From Flavobacteriales bacterium (lineage in GTDB: Bacteria; Bacteroidota; Bacteroidia; Flavobacteriales_G; Salibacteraceae): a stretch of 64,000 bases of DNA. The notes under the pieces were generated by a model. The model was not told the origin of the DNA and ran no database searches. It saw only the letters and a list, made by a program, of their open reading frames with translations. Shown one piece after another: positions 39,483-47,639 of the stretch (position 1 is its first letter; each line of letters opens with the position of its first letter). Where the stretch lies: the NCBI GenBank assembly GCA_020435995.1, contig JAGQYO010000006.1, forward strand, positions 2,105-66,104, in the 5' to 3' direction. The position numbers were made by a program, and so were the translations under genes.

Positions 39483-39772
39483 TAAGCCAAAAAATAGAAG
39501 TAAAAAATGACAAAGAGAATAGCGGCAATCATGGCCACGCGCATATTGGCTTTTTGATTTACACGCCTCCGGTGGTTTACACGCCAACTTTCGCTAAGTT
39601 TATTTTTAAGCGATTCGGGGTCGGTAAGTCCAGCTTCTTCGGCGGCTAATTCTCTTTTTGCTCGTGCTATTCTTCCTTCTAGCTCCTCTTTTTGGGCATT
39701 ATAATAGCGTGGTTTAAAGTTGAACCTCTTATTAGACGGGAGTTTTACAAACGATGGAATCTTGCCTTGCAT
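39482..39772 (-). CDS. Small basic tail-anchored membrane protein, translationally coupled to mutL
   Basis: 96 aa. Lys/Arg-rich coiled segment (QKEELEGRIARAKRELAAEE) and a C-terminal TM helix (VAMIAAILFVIFYFYFLA). A -7 box sits 6 nt upstream of its ATG, and its stop overlaps the mutL ATG. Confidence 0.5.
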   Translation of the reverse strand: MQGKIPSFVKLPSNKRFNFKPRYYNAQKEELEGRIARAKRELAAEEAGLTDPESLKNKLSESWRVNHRRRVNQKANMRVAMIAAILFVIFYFYFLA

Positions 39773-39778
39773 GTGTCA

Positions 39779-39786
39779 CAAATGTA
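39779..39786 (-). promoter_or_regulatory. Candidate -7 promoter box (TACATTTG), 6 nt before the ATG
   Basis: The minus strand reads GTACATTTGTGACACATG. It probably drives the small-ORF, mutL, rhomboid, rhomboid operon. Confidence 0.45.
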
Positions 39787-39948
39787 CCACAATGGCTTTG
39801 TTATCCCCGGTTCTTGGCCAATAAAAAAAGCTAAATATGCCTTCATTTATGCTGACGTTTTGATGTTGAAAAAATAAGGTCGTTTTTCGGAAGTATACCT
39901 TGCTCAATTTTACATTTAAGGTCTGGGAATTGTACACTCCTTTTTATT

Positions 39949-42900
39949 ATGAAAACATTTAAAACCCTTCTTTTTTTAGTCTTACTTCCTTTTTTAGTAA
40001 GAAGCCAATTCGCGGATATAGTGTCCAAAGAAACCTCAAAAACACTTTTGTCAACCTATCAGGTTCCACCTTTTTTGTTGGATTCGAATGACACTTGGGT
40101 CAAAAAAACAATGGAAAAAATGACCGAAGAAGAGCGAATAGCACAGCTGTTTATGGTGGCAGCTTATTCGAATAAGGATGCGGCCCATGAAAATGAAATT
40201 GCTGAGCTGGTTAAAAAGTACAAGATAGGAGGACTTATTTTTTTTCAGGGTGGTCCCGTGCGTCAAGCTCGATTGACCAACAAATATCAGTCGATGGCTC
40301 AAGTACCGCTCATGATAGCCATAGATGGTGAGTGGGGTTTAAATATGCGCCTTGATAGCACCATCGGCTACCCACGGCAAATGGCGTTAGGCGCGATCCA
40401 GGATGATAAATATGTGTATGAAATGGGAAAATCTATTGCTCACCAATGCAAGGAAATGGGTATCCATGTCAATTTTGCACCTGTAATTGATGTCAACAAC
40501 AACCCACTTAATCCAGTAATAAACAGCAGGTCATTTGGTGAGAATAAGGAAAATGTGGCGCAGAAAGGAATCGCCTACATCAAGGGAATGCAAGATCAAC
40601 ATGTGCTTGCTTGTGGCAAACACTTCCCTGGGCATGGCGACACTGATAAGGATTCCCATAAAGCACTTCCAGTAATTTCTCATGATAGAGCACGATTGGA
40701 TGAAATAGAATTGTATCCTTTTAGAGAAACCATCAACAAGGGCCTCGGTAGCATCATGGTGGCCCATTTGAGTGTGCCCGCATTGGACAATTCGGCCAAC
40801 GTGGCGACAACCTTATCCGAAAAAGTGGTTACCAAATTATTGAAGGAAGAACTTGGATTCAAGGGTCTTGTGTTTACCGATGCCTTAAACATGAACGGCG
40901 TTAGCAGCTATTATGCTCCTGGTGAGGTAGATGTTAAAGCCCTCTTAGCTGGAAACGATGTGTTGCTGTTTGCTGAAGACGTTCCTAAAGCCATTGCCAA
41001 AATCAAAGAGGCTTTAAAATTGGAATTAATCACGCAGGAAGAAATAGACGCGCGGTGTATGAAGATTTTAAAAGCAAAAAAATGGGCGGGACTAGATAAT
41101 TACAAAGCTATTAAGCTCGAAGGGCTAACCAAAAGGCTAAATAGTCCAGCTAATGTATTAGCTCAAAGGGACGTGGTGAAAAACTCGCTCACCTTAATAA
41201 AAAACCAGCAGAACTTAGTGCCGATTCAAGCTGTAGATAGTTTTAAAATAGCAAGCGTTAGCATTGGTGTGAATTCAAAGTCGGTGTTTCAGATTTCAAT
41301 TGATAGGTATTGTTCCGCTACTCATTTTCAAATTGCTAAATCTCCAGGTTTTGATGAGATTATAAAACTGAATGAAAAGCTGGGAAAATTTGACCTTGTG
41401 CTCGTGGGACTTCACGATTTGAGTCAATATCCCGGGAGGAAATTTGGCATCTCTAATGAATCGGTTGACTTAATTAAATTGATAGAAGGAAAGGGAAAAA
41501 CCGTTTTGTGTTATTTCGGAAACCCTTATGGGCTTAAGCATATTCCTGCCATCAAAGAAATTGAATCAGTATTGGTGGGATACCACGACGACCCATTTAC
41601 CCAAGAATATGCCGCCCAAGCTTTGTTTGGTGCCATTCCCATTACTGGAAAACTTCCTGTTTCCATTTCAGATGAATTTAAAGTTGGCCTAGGCGAAGTA
41701 ACTACAAGCAATGGCCGATTTCAATATGGACAACCCGAAGAAATGGGTATCAATGCACGTGATTTGGACAATATTGACTCCGTGGCTCTATTAGGCATTA
41801 GAAACGGGGCCTACCCTGGGTGTCAAGTTTTGGTCGCCAAAGAGGGCAAAGTGATTTATAACAAATCGTTTGGATATCACACTTATGATAAACTCATACC
41901 TGTGCGCGAAACGGACATTTACGACCTGGCATCTATCACAAAAATTGCGGCGAGCACTTTCAGCGTTATGAAACTACAAGATGAAGGCAAGTTCGATCTG
42001 GATAATTATTTATGTGATTATCTGCCTGAATATGTAGATACTTCAAAAAATGGATACGGTGATATCGTCCTCAGAGACATGATGGCCCATAAGGCGGGTT
42101 TGGTTCCGTGGATTCCATTTTACAAACACACCATGGCCAATGGCTATCCTATGTATAATTATTATTCACTTGTTGAGTCCGAAACATACCCTTTTAAAGT
42201 TGCCGAAAACTTATACATGCACAAAGATGGCCAGCGAAAAATACTCAGTGAAATACTCAACACGCCACTTAGGGATGATAAAGTGTACAAATACAGCGAC
42301 TTGGGGTATTACTTCATTCAACAAATTGTGGAAAAACAAAGCGGAATGTCATTGGATGAGTATGTTCAACAGAATTTTTATAATCCAATGGGACTGGCAA
42401 CAACAACCTACCGGCCAAAAGACAAATTTGAATTAGATAGAATTGTACCAACCGAAAACGACAAGCAGTTTCGGCATCAGTTAATCCAAGGCGAAGTTCA
42501 TGATCCAGGAGCGGCTATGATGGGTGGAGTAGCTGGGCATGCAGGCTTATTCTCAAGTGCCAATGACTTGGCCAAAATTATGCAGTGTTTTGCTAACATG
42601 GGGGAGTACGGTGGCAAGAGGTATATCAATGAGGCAACCGTAAAGGAGTTTATCAGCTGCCAGTTTTGTGAAGAAGACAACAGGAGGGGGGCCGGATTTG
42701 ATAAACCAGTTAGAAATGGACGAGGAGGGCCAACTTGCAATTGTGTATCCTATGAAAGTTTTGGGCATTCAGGGTTCACTGGAACGCTTGCTTGGGCCGA
42801 CCCCAACGAAAAAGTGGTGTATATTTTTCTTTCAAATAGAATTTACCCTGATGCTTCAAATTATAAATTGATAGAATTAGACATTCGAACGCGCATTATG

Positions 42901-42951
42901 GAAACCATTTATGATGCTATTGAAAAATCAAAAGCGAAGAAGGAAGGTTAA
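39949..42951 (+). CDS. Fusion protein: glycoside hydrolase family 3 (NagZ-like) N-terminal domain plus class C beta-lactamase/serine hydrolase domain
   Basis: 1000 aa with a signal peptide. The GH3 motifs are KHFPGHGDTDKDSH and GLVFTDALNM. The serine-hydrolase motifs are LASITK (SxxK), YSDLGY (YxN-like) and HSGFTG (KTG-like). Confidence 0.88.
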   Translation: MKTFKTLLFLVLLPFLVRSQFADIVSKETSKTLLSTYQVPPFLLDSNDTWVKKTMEKMTEEERIAQLFMVAAYSNKDAAHENEIAELVKKYKIGGLIFFQGGPVRQARLTNKYQSMAQVPLMIAIDGEWGLNMRLDSTIGYPRQMALGAIQDDKYVYEMGKSIAHQCKEMGIHVNFAPVIDVNNNPLNPVINSRSFGENKENVAQKGIAYIKGMQDQHVLACGKHFPGHGDTDKDSHKALPVISHDRARLDEIELYPFRETINKGLGSIMVAHLSVPALDNSANVATTLSEKVVTKLLKEELGFKGLVFTDALNMNGVSSYYAPGEVDVKALLAGNDVLLFAEDVPKAIAKIKEALKLELITQEEIDARCMKILKAKKWAGLDNYKAIKLEGLTKRLNSPANVLAQRDVVKNSLTLIKNQQNLVPIQAVDSFKIASVSIGVNSKSVFQISIDRYCSATHFQIAKSPGFDEIIKLNEKLGKFDLVLVGLHDLSQYPGRKFGISNESVDLIKLIEGKGKTVLCYFGNPYGLKHIPAIKEIESVLVGYHDDPFTQEYAAQALFGAIPITGKLPVSISDEFKVGLGEVTTSNGRFQYGQPEEMGINARDLDNIDSVALLGIRNGAYPGCQVLVAKEGKVIYNKSFGYHTYDKLIPVRETDIYDLASITKIAASTFSVMKLQDEGKFDLDNYLCDYLPEYVDTSKNGYGDIVLRDMMAHKAGLVPWIPFYKHTMANGYPMYNYYSLVESETYPFKVAENLYMHKDGQRKILSEILNTPLRDDKVYKYSDLGYYFIQQIVEKQSGMSLDEYVQQNFYNPMGLATTTYRPKDKFELDRIVPTENDKQFRHQLIQGEVHDPGAAMMGGVAGHAGLFSSANDLAKIMQCFANMGEYGGKRYINEATVKEFISCQFCEEDNRRGAGFDKPVRNGRGGPTCNCVSYESFGHSGFTGTLAWADPNEKVVYIFLSNRIYPDASNYKLIELDIRTRIMETIYDAIEKSKAKKEG

Positions 42952-43020
42952 AGTTATTCTTTTACAATCTTAACGACAAATACTCCCGTTAAGTCACACT
43001 GTGAGTATACTTTTACGGCA

Positions 43021-44157
43021 ATGAAAATTGGCATTGTATTGTATCCTACTTATGGCGGTAGCGGAGTGGTTGCAACTGAACTGGGAATAGCCCTAGCCAA
43101 AAGGGGGCATCAGGTGCATTTTATAACTTATAATCAACCAGTTAGATTAAACGAATTAGGCAAAAACCTGTTTTACCATGAAGTAAGGGTTACGGATTAC
43201 CCACTTTTTGAATACTCGCCCTACGAATTGGTGCTCACCAGTAAATTGGTTGATGTGGCTATGCATGAGCAGCTCGATTTGCTTCATGTGCACTACGCAA
43301 TTCCGCATGCCTCTGCCGCTTTTATGGCAAGGGCAATTCTGCGAAAAAGGGGATATAACGTTCCATTTATCACCACGCTACACGGCACTGATATTACGCT
43401 CGTGGGAAAAGATCCATCGTTTGAGCCAGTCATCACATTTGCCATTAATGAAAGTGATGCGGTTACGGCGGTTTCAGAGGATTTAAGAAAAGATACCCTC
43501 AAGCTATTTGATATTCAGAACGATATTAGGGTAATTCCTAATTTTATTTGCCCTCAAAGACACGAGTTTCAAATAGATCATAGTTTAAAAGCCTATTACG
43601 CTCCAGCCGGAGAAAGAATCATAATGCATACTTCCAATTTCAGGAAGGTGAAAAGGGTGAAGGATGTCGTCAAAATTTTCGCAAGGGTTCAAGAGGAGAT
43701 TCCGTCCAAACTATTATTTATCGGTGACGGGCCAGAACGCTTTGGCGTAGAAGAACTTTCGAGAGAGTTGGGGGTGGCCGATAAAACTTTTTTCTTGGGA
43801 AAAGTGCGTGATGTCGAGGAAATAATTCCCATTGCAGATTTGTTTGTTCTCCCCTCCGAAACCGAGAGTTTTGGATTAGCGGCCCTGGAAGCGATGATCA
43901 GCAAGGTTCCGGTAATTTCAACAAACACCGGTGGACTTCCCGAGGTGAATGAAAATGCTATTTCTGGCTATCTGAGCGAGGTAGGGGATGTTAAAGACAT
44001 GGCAAAAAACGCCATTTCAATTTTAAAAAATGACGAAACTTTGCAACAATTTAAAATTGGAGCTTATAACAGAGCGTTGGATTTTGATATCGCAAAAATT
44101 TTACCTTTATATATTCAATTATACGATGAGGTAATCCGAAAAAAGAATTTGGAATAA
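43021..44157 (+). CDS. bshA: GT4 glycosyltransferase, N-acetyl-alpha-D-glucosaminyl L-malate synthase (BshA)-like
   Basis: 378 aa. N-terminal YPTYGGSGVVATELG and the EX7E block PSETESFGLAALEAM resemble BshA of bacillithiol biosynthesis. Confidence 0.7.
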   Translation: MKIGIVLYPTYGGSGVVATELGIALAKRGHQVHFITYNQPVRLNELGKNLFYHEVRVTDYPLFEYSPYELVLTSKLVDVAMHEQLDLLHVHYAIPHASAAFMARAILRKRGYNVPFITTLHGTDITLVGKDPSFEPVITFAINESDAVTAVSEDLRKDTLKLFDIQNDIRVIPNFICPQRHEFQIDHSLKAYYAPAGERIIMHTSNFRKVKRVKDVVKIFARVQEEIPSKLLFIGDGPERFGVEELSRELGVADKTFFLGKVRDVEEIIPIADLFVLPSETESFGLAALEAMISKVPVISTNTGGLPEVNENAISGYLSEVGDVKDMAKNAISILKNDETLQQFKIGAYNRALDFDIAKILPLYIQLYDEVIRKKNLE

Positions 44158-44186
44158 TAATTGGTTTTCGAACAAAAAGTACAGAT

Positions 44187-44393
44187 ATGAAAAAGTTAGT
44201 GATAATAATAATAAGTGTGGGGATGATCTCTTTCATGGGGTCATGTTCTAAATGCTATACTTGTAGCAGTCCGGTTCAAATAAAAACTGCCAGTGGAACG
44301 ACTACATCTACACAAGAGGATGAATTATGCACGGCAAGCCCAAAAGAAATTGAGGCTAAAGAAGAAGACGGATACACTTGTAAGGCATCATAA
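44187..44393 (+). CDS. Small Cys-rich lipoprotein (hypothetical)
   Basis: 68 aa. Signal plus lipobox (FMGSC), and mature-chain Cys at C-x2-C-x2-C...C...C. A strong terminator follows. Confidence 0.45.
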   Translation: MKKLVIIIISVGMISFMGSCSKCYTCSSPVQIKTASGTTTSTQEDELCTASPKEIEAKEEDGYTCKAS

Positions 44394-44424
44394 AAAAAAG
44401 CAGGACTAACCTCCTGCTTTTTTT
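44392..44424. terminator. Bidirectional rho-independent terminator
   Basis: An A8 tract, a 7-bp stem agcagga / tcctgct with a 6-nt loop, then a T7 tract. It lies between convergent genes, and the right arm overlaps the last codons of the SUI1 gene. Confidence 0.8.
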
Positions 44425-44753
44425 ACATTATATCCCATTTGAGAAAGGGTTAATACCAATTTATCTCTTTGGTCTCCTTGTATAATCACCTCACCATCTT
44501 TTACACTTCCTCCAACGCCACATTTGGATTTAAGGGTTTTTCCTAGCAACTCCAAATCTTCTGAACTACCCACAAATGCCTTGACCACACTTACCGATTT
44601 TCCACCTCTGCCTTTTTTTTCGAGGTAAACGCGTAAATTTTGTTGGCCAGGCGCCAAAGTTTCTTCTACTTGGTCATCTCCCGATTCGAAACTAAAACTC
44701 GGGTTTGTACTATAAACTACCGACGAGCGCTCGTTTTTATTTTTTTTACTCAT
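44406..44753 (-). CDS. SUI1/YciH-type translation initiation factor-like protein
   Basis: 115 aa. GRGGKSVSVVKAF...LKSKCGVGGSVKDGEVIIQGDQRDKL is the SUI1 fold signature. Confidence 0.85.
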   Translation of the reverse strand: MSKKNKNERSSVVYSTNPSFSFESGDDQVEETLAPGQQNLRVYLEKKGRGGKSVSVVKAFVGSSEDLELLGKTLKSKCGVGGSVKDGEVIIQGDQRDKLVLTLSQMGYNVKKAGG

Positions 44754-45646
44754 AACATTTGAGATTTTGGGACAAGAATTCTAACTGATGCCTTAAGAAT
44801 TCGAATATCTAAAGGATATTTTAGCGTAATAGGTTCACCATCAACATGTGCATGGCATGCATCTTTACCGTCAGAAGATTCAATCGTTAGTTGTTCTACT
44901 TTTTGTGAAGTGTAAAACCGAGAATTGTGAAGGTCATTCATAAACAACCTCAAACCGATATGCGGCCCAAAGAATTTGGGATAGCTCTTAATAACACACA
45001 AATCTAATTTGCCGTCAATTACACTAGCTCGGTGTGCAATTACGGCATTGTTACCAAATTGCGAACTGTTGGCTATTGTGATACTCGAAGCCTTTACCTT
45101 TTCTACACTTTGAGGTGTTGTTATTTTGTAAGACATTGAGGTGTAGGTAGGGAACAGCTTTACAGTTTCTTTTACATAGCCAATAATTCCACGTGTTTTT
45201 CTTTTGGCGAATTTGTGCGCTACCTCTGCATCGATTCCCACCCCTGTGGTCACAAAAAAAGGGTGGCCGTTTATATCTCCTGAATCCATTTGAATAACCT
45301 CGTGGTTTAAAAGTAGGTTGAGTGAATCATCAATATGCGAAGGAATTCCAAGATGTCGTGCTAGGCCATTTCCCGAACCCACAGGAATAATGGCCATTGC
45401 TGCCTCTTCATATATAATGGCCTTGGCTATTTCATTTACACTTCCATCGCCCCCTACGCATACAAATACAATGTCTGAACGATTTTTCCTTTTAGTAGCC
45501 ATTTTGGTGGAATGACCTGGTCGTTTTGTGAGTTTTATTTCATGCGACAGGCCGTTCTTCAATAGGAATGATTCCACTTGTTGGAGGGTGGCATGTGTAT
45601 CTTTTTGACCAGATGCCGGATTTGCTATGACAAAAAAATGCTTCAC
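44750..45646 (-). CDS. Diacylglycerol/lipid kinase family protein (YegS/BmrU-like)
   Basis: 298 aa. The DAGK catalytic motif is VCVGGDGSVNE, and IPVGSGNGLA is also present. The GTG start overlaps the upstream stop (GTGA). Confidence 0.85.
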   Translation of the reverse strand: MKHFFVIANPASGQKDTHATLQQVESFLLKNGLSHEIKLTKRPGHSTKMATKRKNRSDIVFVCVGGDGSVNEIAKAIIYEEAAMAIIPVGSGNGLARHLGIPSHIDDSLNLLLNHEVIQMDSGDINGHPFFVTTGVGIDAEVAHKFAKRKTRGIIGYVKETVKLFPTYTSMSYKITTPQSVEKVKASSITIANSSQFGNNAVIAHRASVIDGKLDLCVIKSYPKFFGPHIGLRLFMNDLHNSRFYTSQKVEQLTIESSDGKDACHAHVDGEPITLKYPLDIRILKASVRILVPKSQML

Positions 45647-47520
45647 TCTAAATGAAGTTCATTATTGATTACTCGGTTATTGTATTGCTGCCTGAATTGG
45701 CGCGACAGTGTCAAATGCTTCTGAGTAATTTCAAGCTCTTTATGAATTAAGTTTTCGGTAAGAAGGCTGTCCGTTTGTATTTGATACAAGCCTAGAGCTT
45801 CATCACCTCTAGATTGCAGAAGATAGCCATCTTTAATGAATTGATCCACTTCATTGATAACCTGAAAACTAAAGCCATTATTGGCACTGAATTTACTTTG
45901 TCCAAACGCGAAGAAGGGCTGTTGATAGCCAAGCAAATCAAGGATGCTCGGCATGATGTCCAACTGTTGTGTTACCGTGTGATCGATTCCAATTAGTGAA
46001 TCTCCAGGAGAATAAATGATAAGGGGAATACGGAAATTGCCCAGCGAATTGCGATAGTATTTTTTTCTTGAAGTCGAAGTGTGATCAGAGGTGAAAACAA
46101 AAATCGTATTTTCCATTATGGGGCTTCCTTCAAGTTTTTTGAAAAACTGTTCGATGGAATAATCAGTGTAGGAGATAGAGTTCTCCAAATCCGTTTTTCC
46201 TTTGTTAAACATCTGCTGATATTGTTCAGGAATAATAAAAGGATGATGTGATGAGAGTGTGAAGACAGAGCTTACAAAAGGTTGATCCATTTTGGTCAAC
46301 TCATCGGCATAAAACTGAAGAAAAGGCTCGTCGGGAATACCCCATGCTCCGTCGTAGTCGGCGGGAGTCGGGTATTCATTCATGCCTACATATTTGTCAA
46401 ATCCGGCGGCAGCACAATATGAGTCAAAACTCATAGTTCCGTTTTTTCCACCATGATAAAAAGACGAATGATACCCATTTTCTTTTAGGATCGATGCAAT
46501 GCTTCCGAGCCTGTTTCCCGCATATCGCGAATTGATCATGGCACCGTTCATTAGGGTTGGAATGCTCGAAAGGATGGACGGAATACCTTCAATCGACTTT
46601 TTACCATTGGCATAGCAATGATCGAATGTGTAGCTTTTGATTAATAAGCTTGATAAGAATGGGGCGAGATTTGGCTCACCTGCATCTGGAAAGATAAACT
46701 CATTTGAAAAACTTTCAAGTATAAAAATGACCACGTTTTTCTTTTTAAACTCTCGTTCTCCTTGGAATTGTTTTTTTACAGGAAAGGATTGATCCACTTC
46801 TACTTGGGTGAAATCGTTTAATGGTTTTAGGCCTTTTTGGCTAATGGTTCTAACAATGGTAAAAGGTGTATTTAAAACCAACGGAACGTTTTGGGCTTTT
46901 ACTTTTTTAGATGCATCAATAATGTTGAGCGGAATGAGCTGAAATCCACCTCTTCCAATAATGATCATCAGGGAAATGACCAGAACAGTAGTAACAGATT
47001 TGGCAATGATGAGTTTTTCTTGAACAACGCGAGGTGGTCGGTAGATTTTGAGTTTTTTATAAGCCCAACTTATGCCCCAAATCATGGCTAGGTATATTAT
47101 CACCACTGGCCAGAAATCGGTAAAAAATTTGGGAATGAGTGTAAGTACATCGTCTCCTGTTGATACTGTTGTAAATAAATCTGCTGTACTTCTTTTATAA
47201 GTAAACCTAAAGTAGGGAATATCTATGCAGTTGAACAATGCAACTAAGGCCGAACTCAGGTAGAACAAATACTCTTTGGCTAATCTGAGCCAATTGGGGT
47301 TGGTCCATATTCCAATTATGGAAACTATAATAAATGGCAAATACCAGTAGAAGTAGGCCGAAAGGTCGAATCGAATGCCATATATAAAAACATCGAATCC
47401 AACGCCAGTAAAGTGACCTGGGTTAAATACAAAGAACAAAACCCGGCAAAGACTAAGAAGTCCTAACGCCAATAAGGTTCTTTTCAGAAAAAGATGCAGC
47501 GTTTCCCAAAGGTCATTCAT
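45643..47520 (-). CDS. LTA synthase/sulfatase-family membrane phosphotransferase
   Basis: Five N-terminal TM helices, then a sulfatase domain (VIFILESFSNEF, FVFTSDHTS). I set the start at MNDLWETL (ATG 47520), which is preceded by a -7 box. The ORF-track start at 47628 would overlap the divergent gene. Confidence 0.8.
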   Translation of the reverse strand: MNDLWETLHLFLKRTLLALGLLSLCRVLFFVFNPGHFTGVGFDVFIYGIRFDLSAYFYWYLPFIIVSIIGIWTNPNWLRLAKEYLFYLSSALVALFNCIDIPYFRFTYKRSTADLFTTVSTGDDVLTLIPKFFTDFWPVVIIYLAMIWGISWAYKKLKIYRPPRVVQEKLIIAKSVTTVLVISLMIIIGRGGFQLIPLNIIDASKKVKAQNVPLVLNTPFTIVRTISQKGLKPLNDFTQVEVDQSFPVKKQFQGEREFKKKNVVIFILESFSNEFIFPDAGEPNLAPFLSSLLIKSYTFDHCYANGKKSIEGIPSILSSIPTLMNGAMINSRYAGNRLGSIASILKENGYHSSFYHGGKNGTMSFDSYCAAAGFDKYVGMNEYPTPADYDGAWGIPDEPFLQFYADELTKMDQPFVSSVFTLSSHHPFIIPEQYQQMFNKGKTDLENSISYTDYSIEQFFKKLEGSPIMENTIFVFTSDHTSTSRKKYYRNSLGNFRIPLIIYSPGDSLIGIDHTVTQQLDIMPSILDLLGYQQPFFAFGQSKFSANNGFSFQVINEVDQFIKDGYLLQSRGDEALGLYQIQTDSLLTENLIHKELEITQKHLTLSRQFRQQYNNRVINNELHLE

Positions 47521-47526
47521 GGGCGG

Positions 47527-47534
47527 CAAAATTA
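47527..47534 (-). promoter_or_regulatory. Candidate -7 promoter box (TAATTTTG), 6 nt before the ATG
   Basis: The minus strand reads TTTAATTTTGCCGCCCATG. Confidence 0.45.
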
Positions 47535-47613
47535 AACCAACAAAGAAGATATGTAGAATACAATTATTAGCCATACTAATTGCTTCAAATAGCACGAACC
47601 TTTCTTTAATACT

Positions 47614-47621
47614 TAGTTTTG
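47614..47621 (+). promoter_or_regulatory. Candidate -7 promoter box (TAGTTTTG) for the E1 dehydrogenase gene
   Basis: Exact TAnnTTTG match. It contains the TTG that the ORF track used as a start, and the in-frame GTG at 47640 follows 18 nt later. Confidence 0.4.
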
Positions 47622-47639
47622 ACGCCAAATTTTTCTACC

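Noticed and set aside
39483-39587. ORF-track N-terminal extension of mutL (MACKPPEACKSKSQ...)
   Set aside because: It overlaps the 96-aa upstream ORF. MutL homology begins at MNDVIRLLPD, whose ATG forms a TAATG junction with the upstream stop.
43001-43008. Near-consensus -7 boxes with a final A instead of G (TACTTTTA upstream of bshA and upstream of recQ near 60688; TACATTTA near 39909)
   Set aside because: They do not match TAnnTTTG exactly. They may be real weaker promoters, but I did not want to inflate the motif count.
47521-47639. Overlapping divergent starts proposed by the ORF track (minus-strand 47628 and plus-strand TTG 47619)
   Set aside because: Both extensions contain exact -7 promoter boxes (47527-47534 minus, 47614-47621 plus). 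The extensions are therefore more likely promoter DNA, and the starts at 47520 and 47640 remove the overlap.
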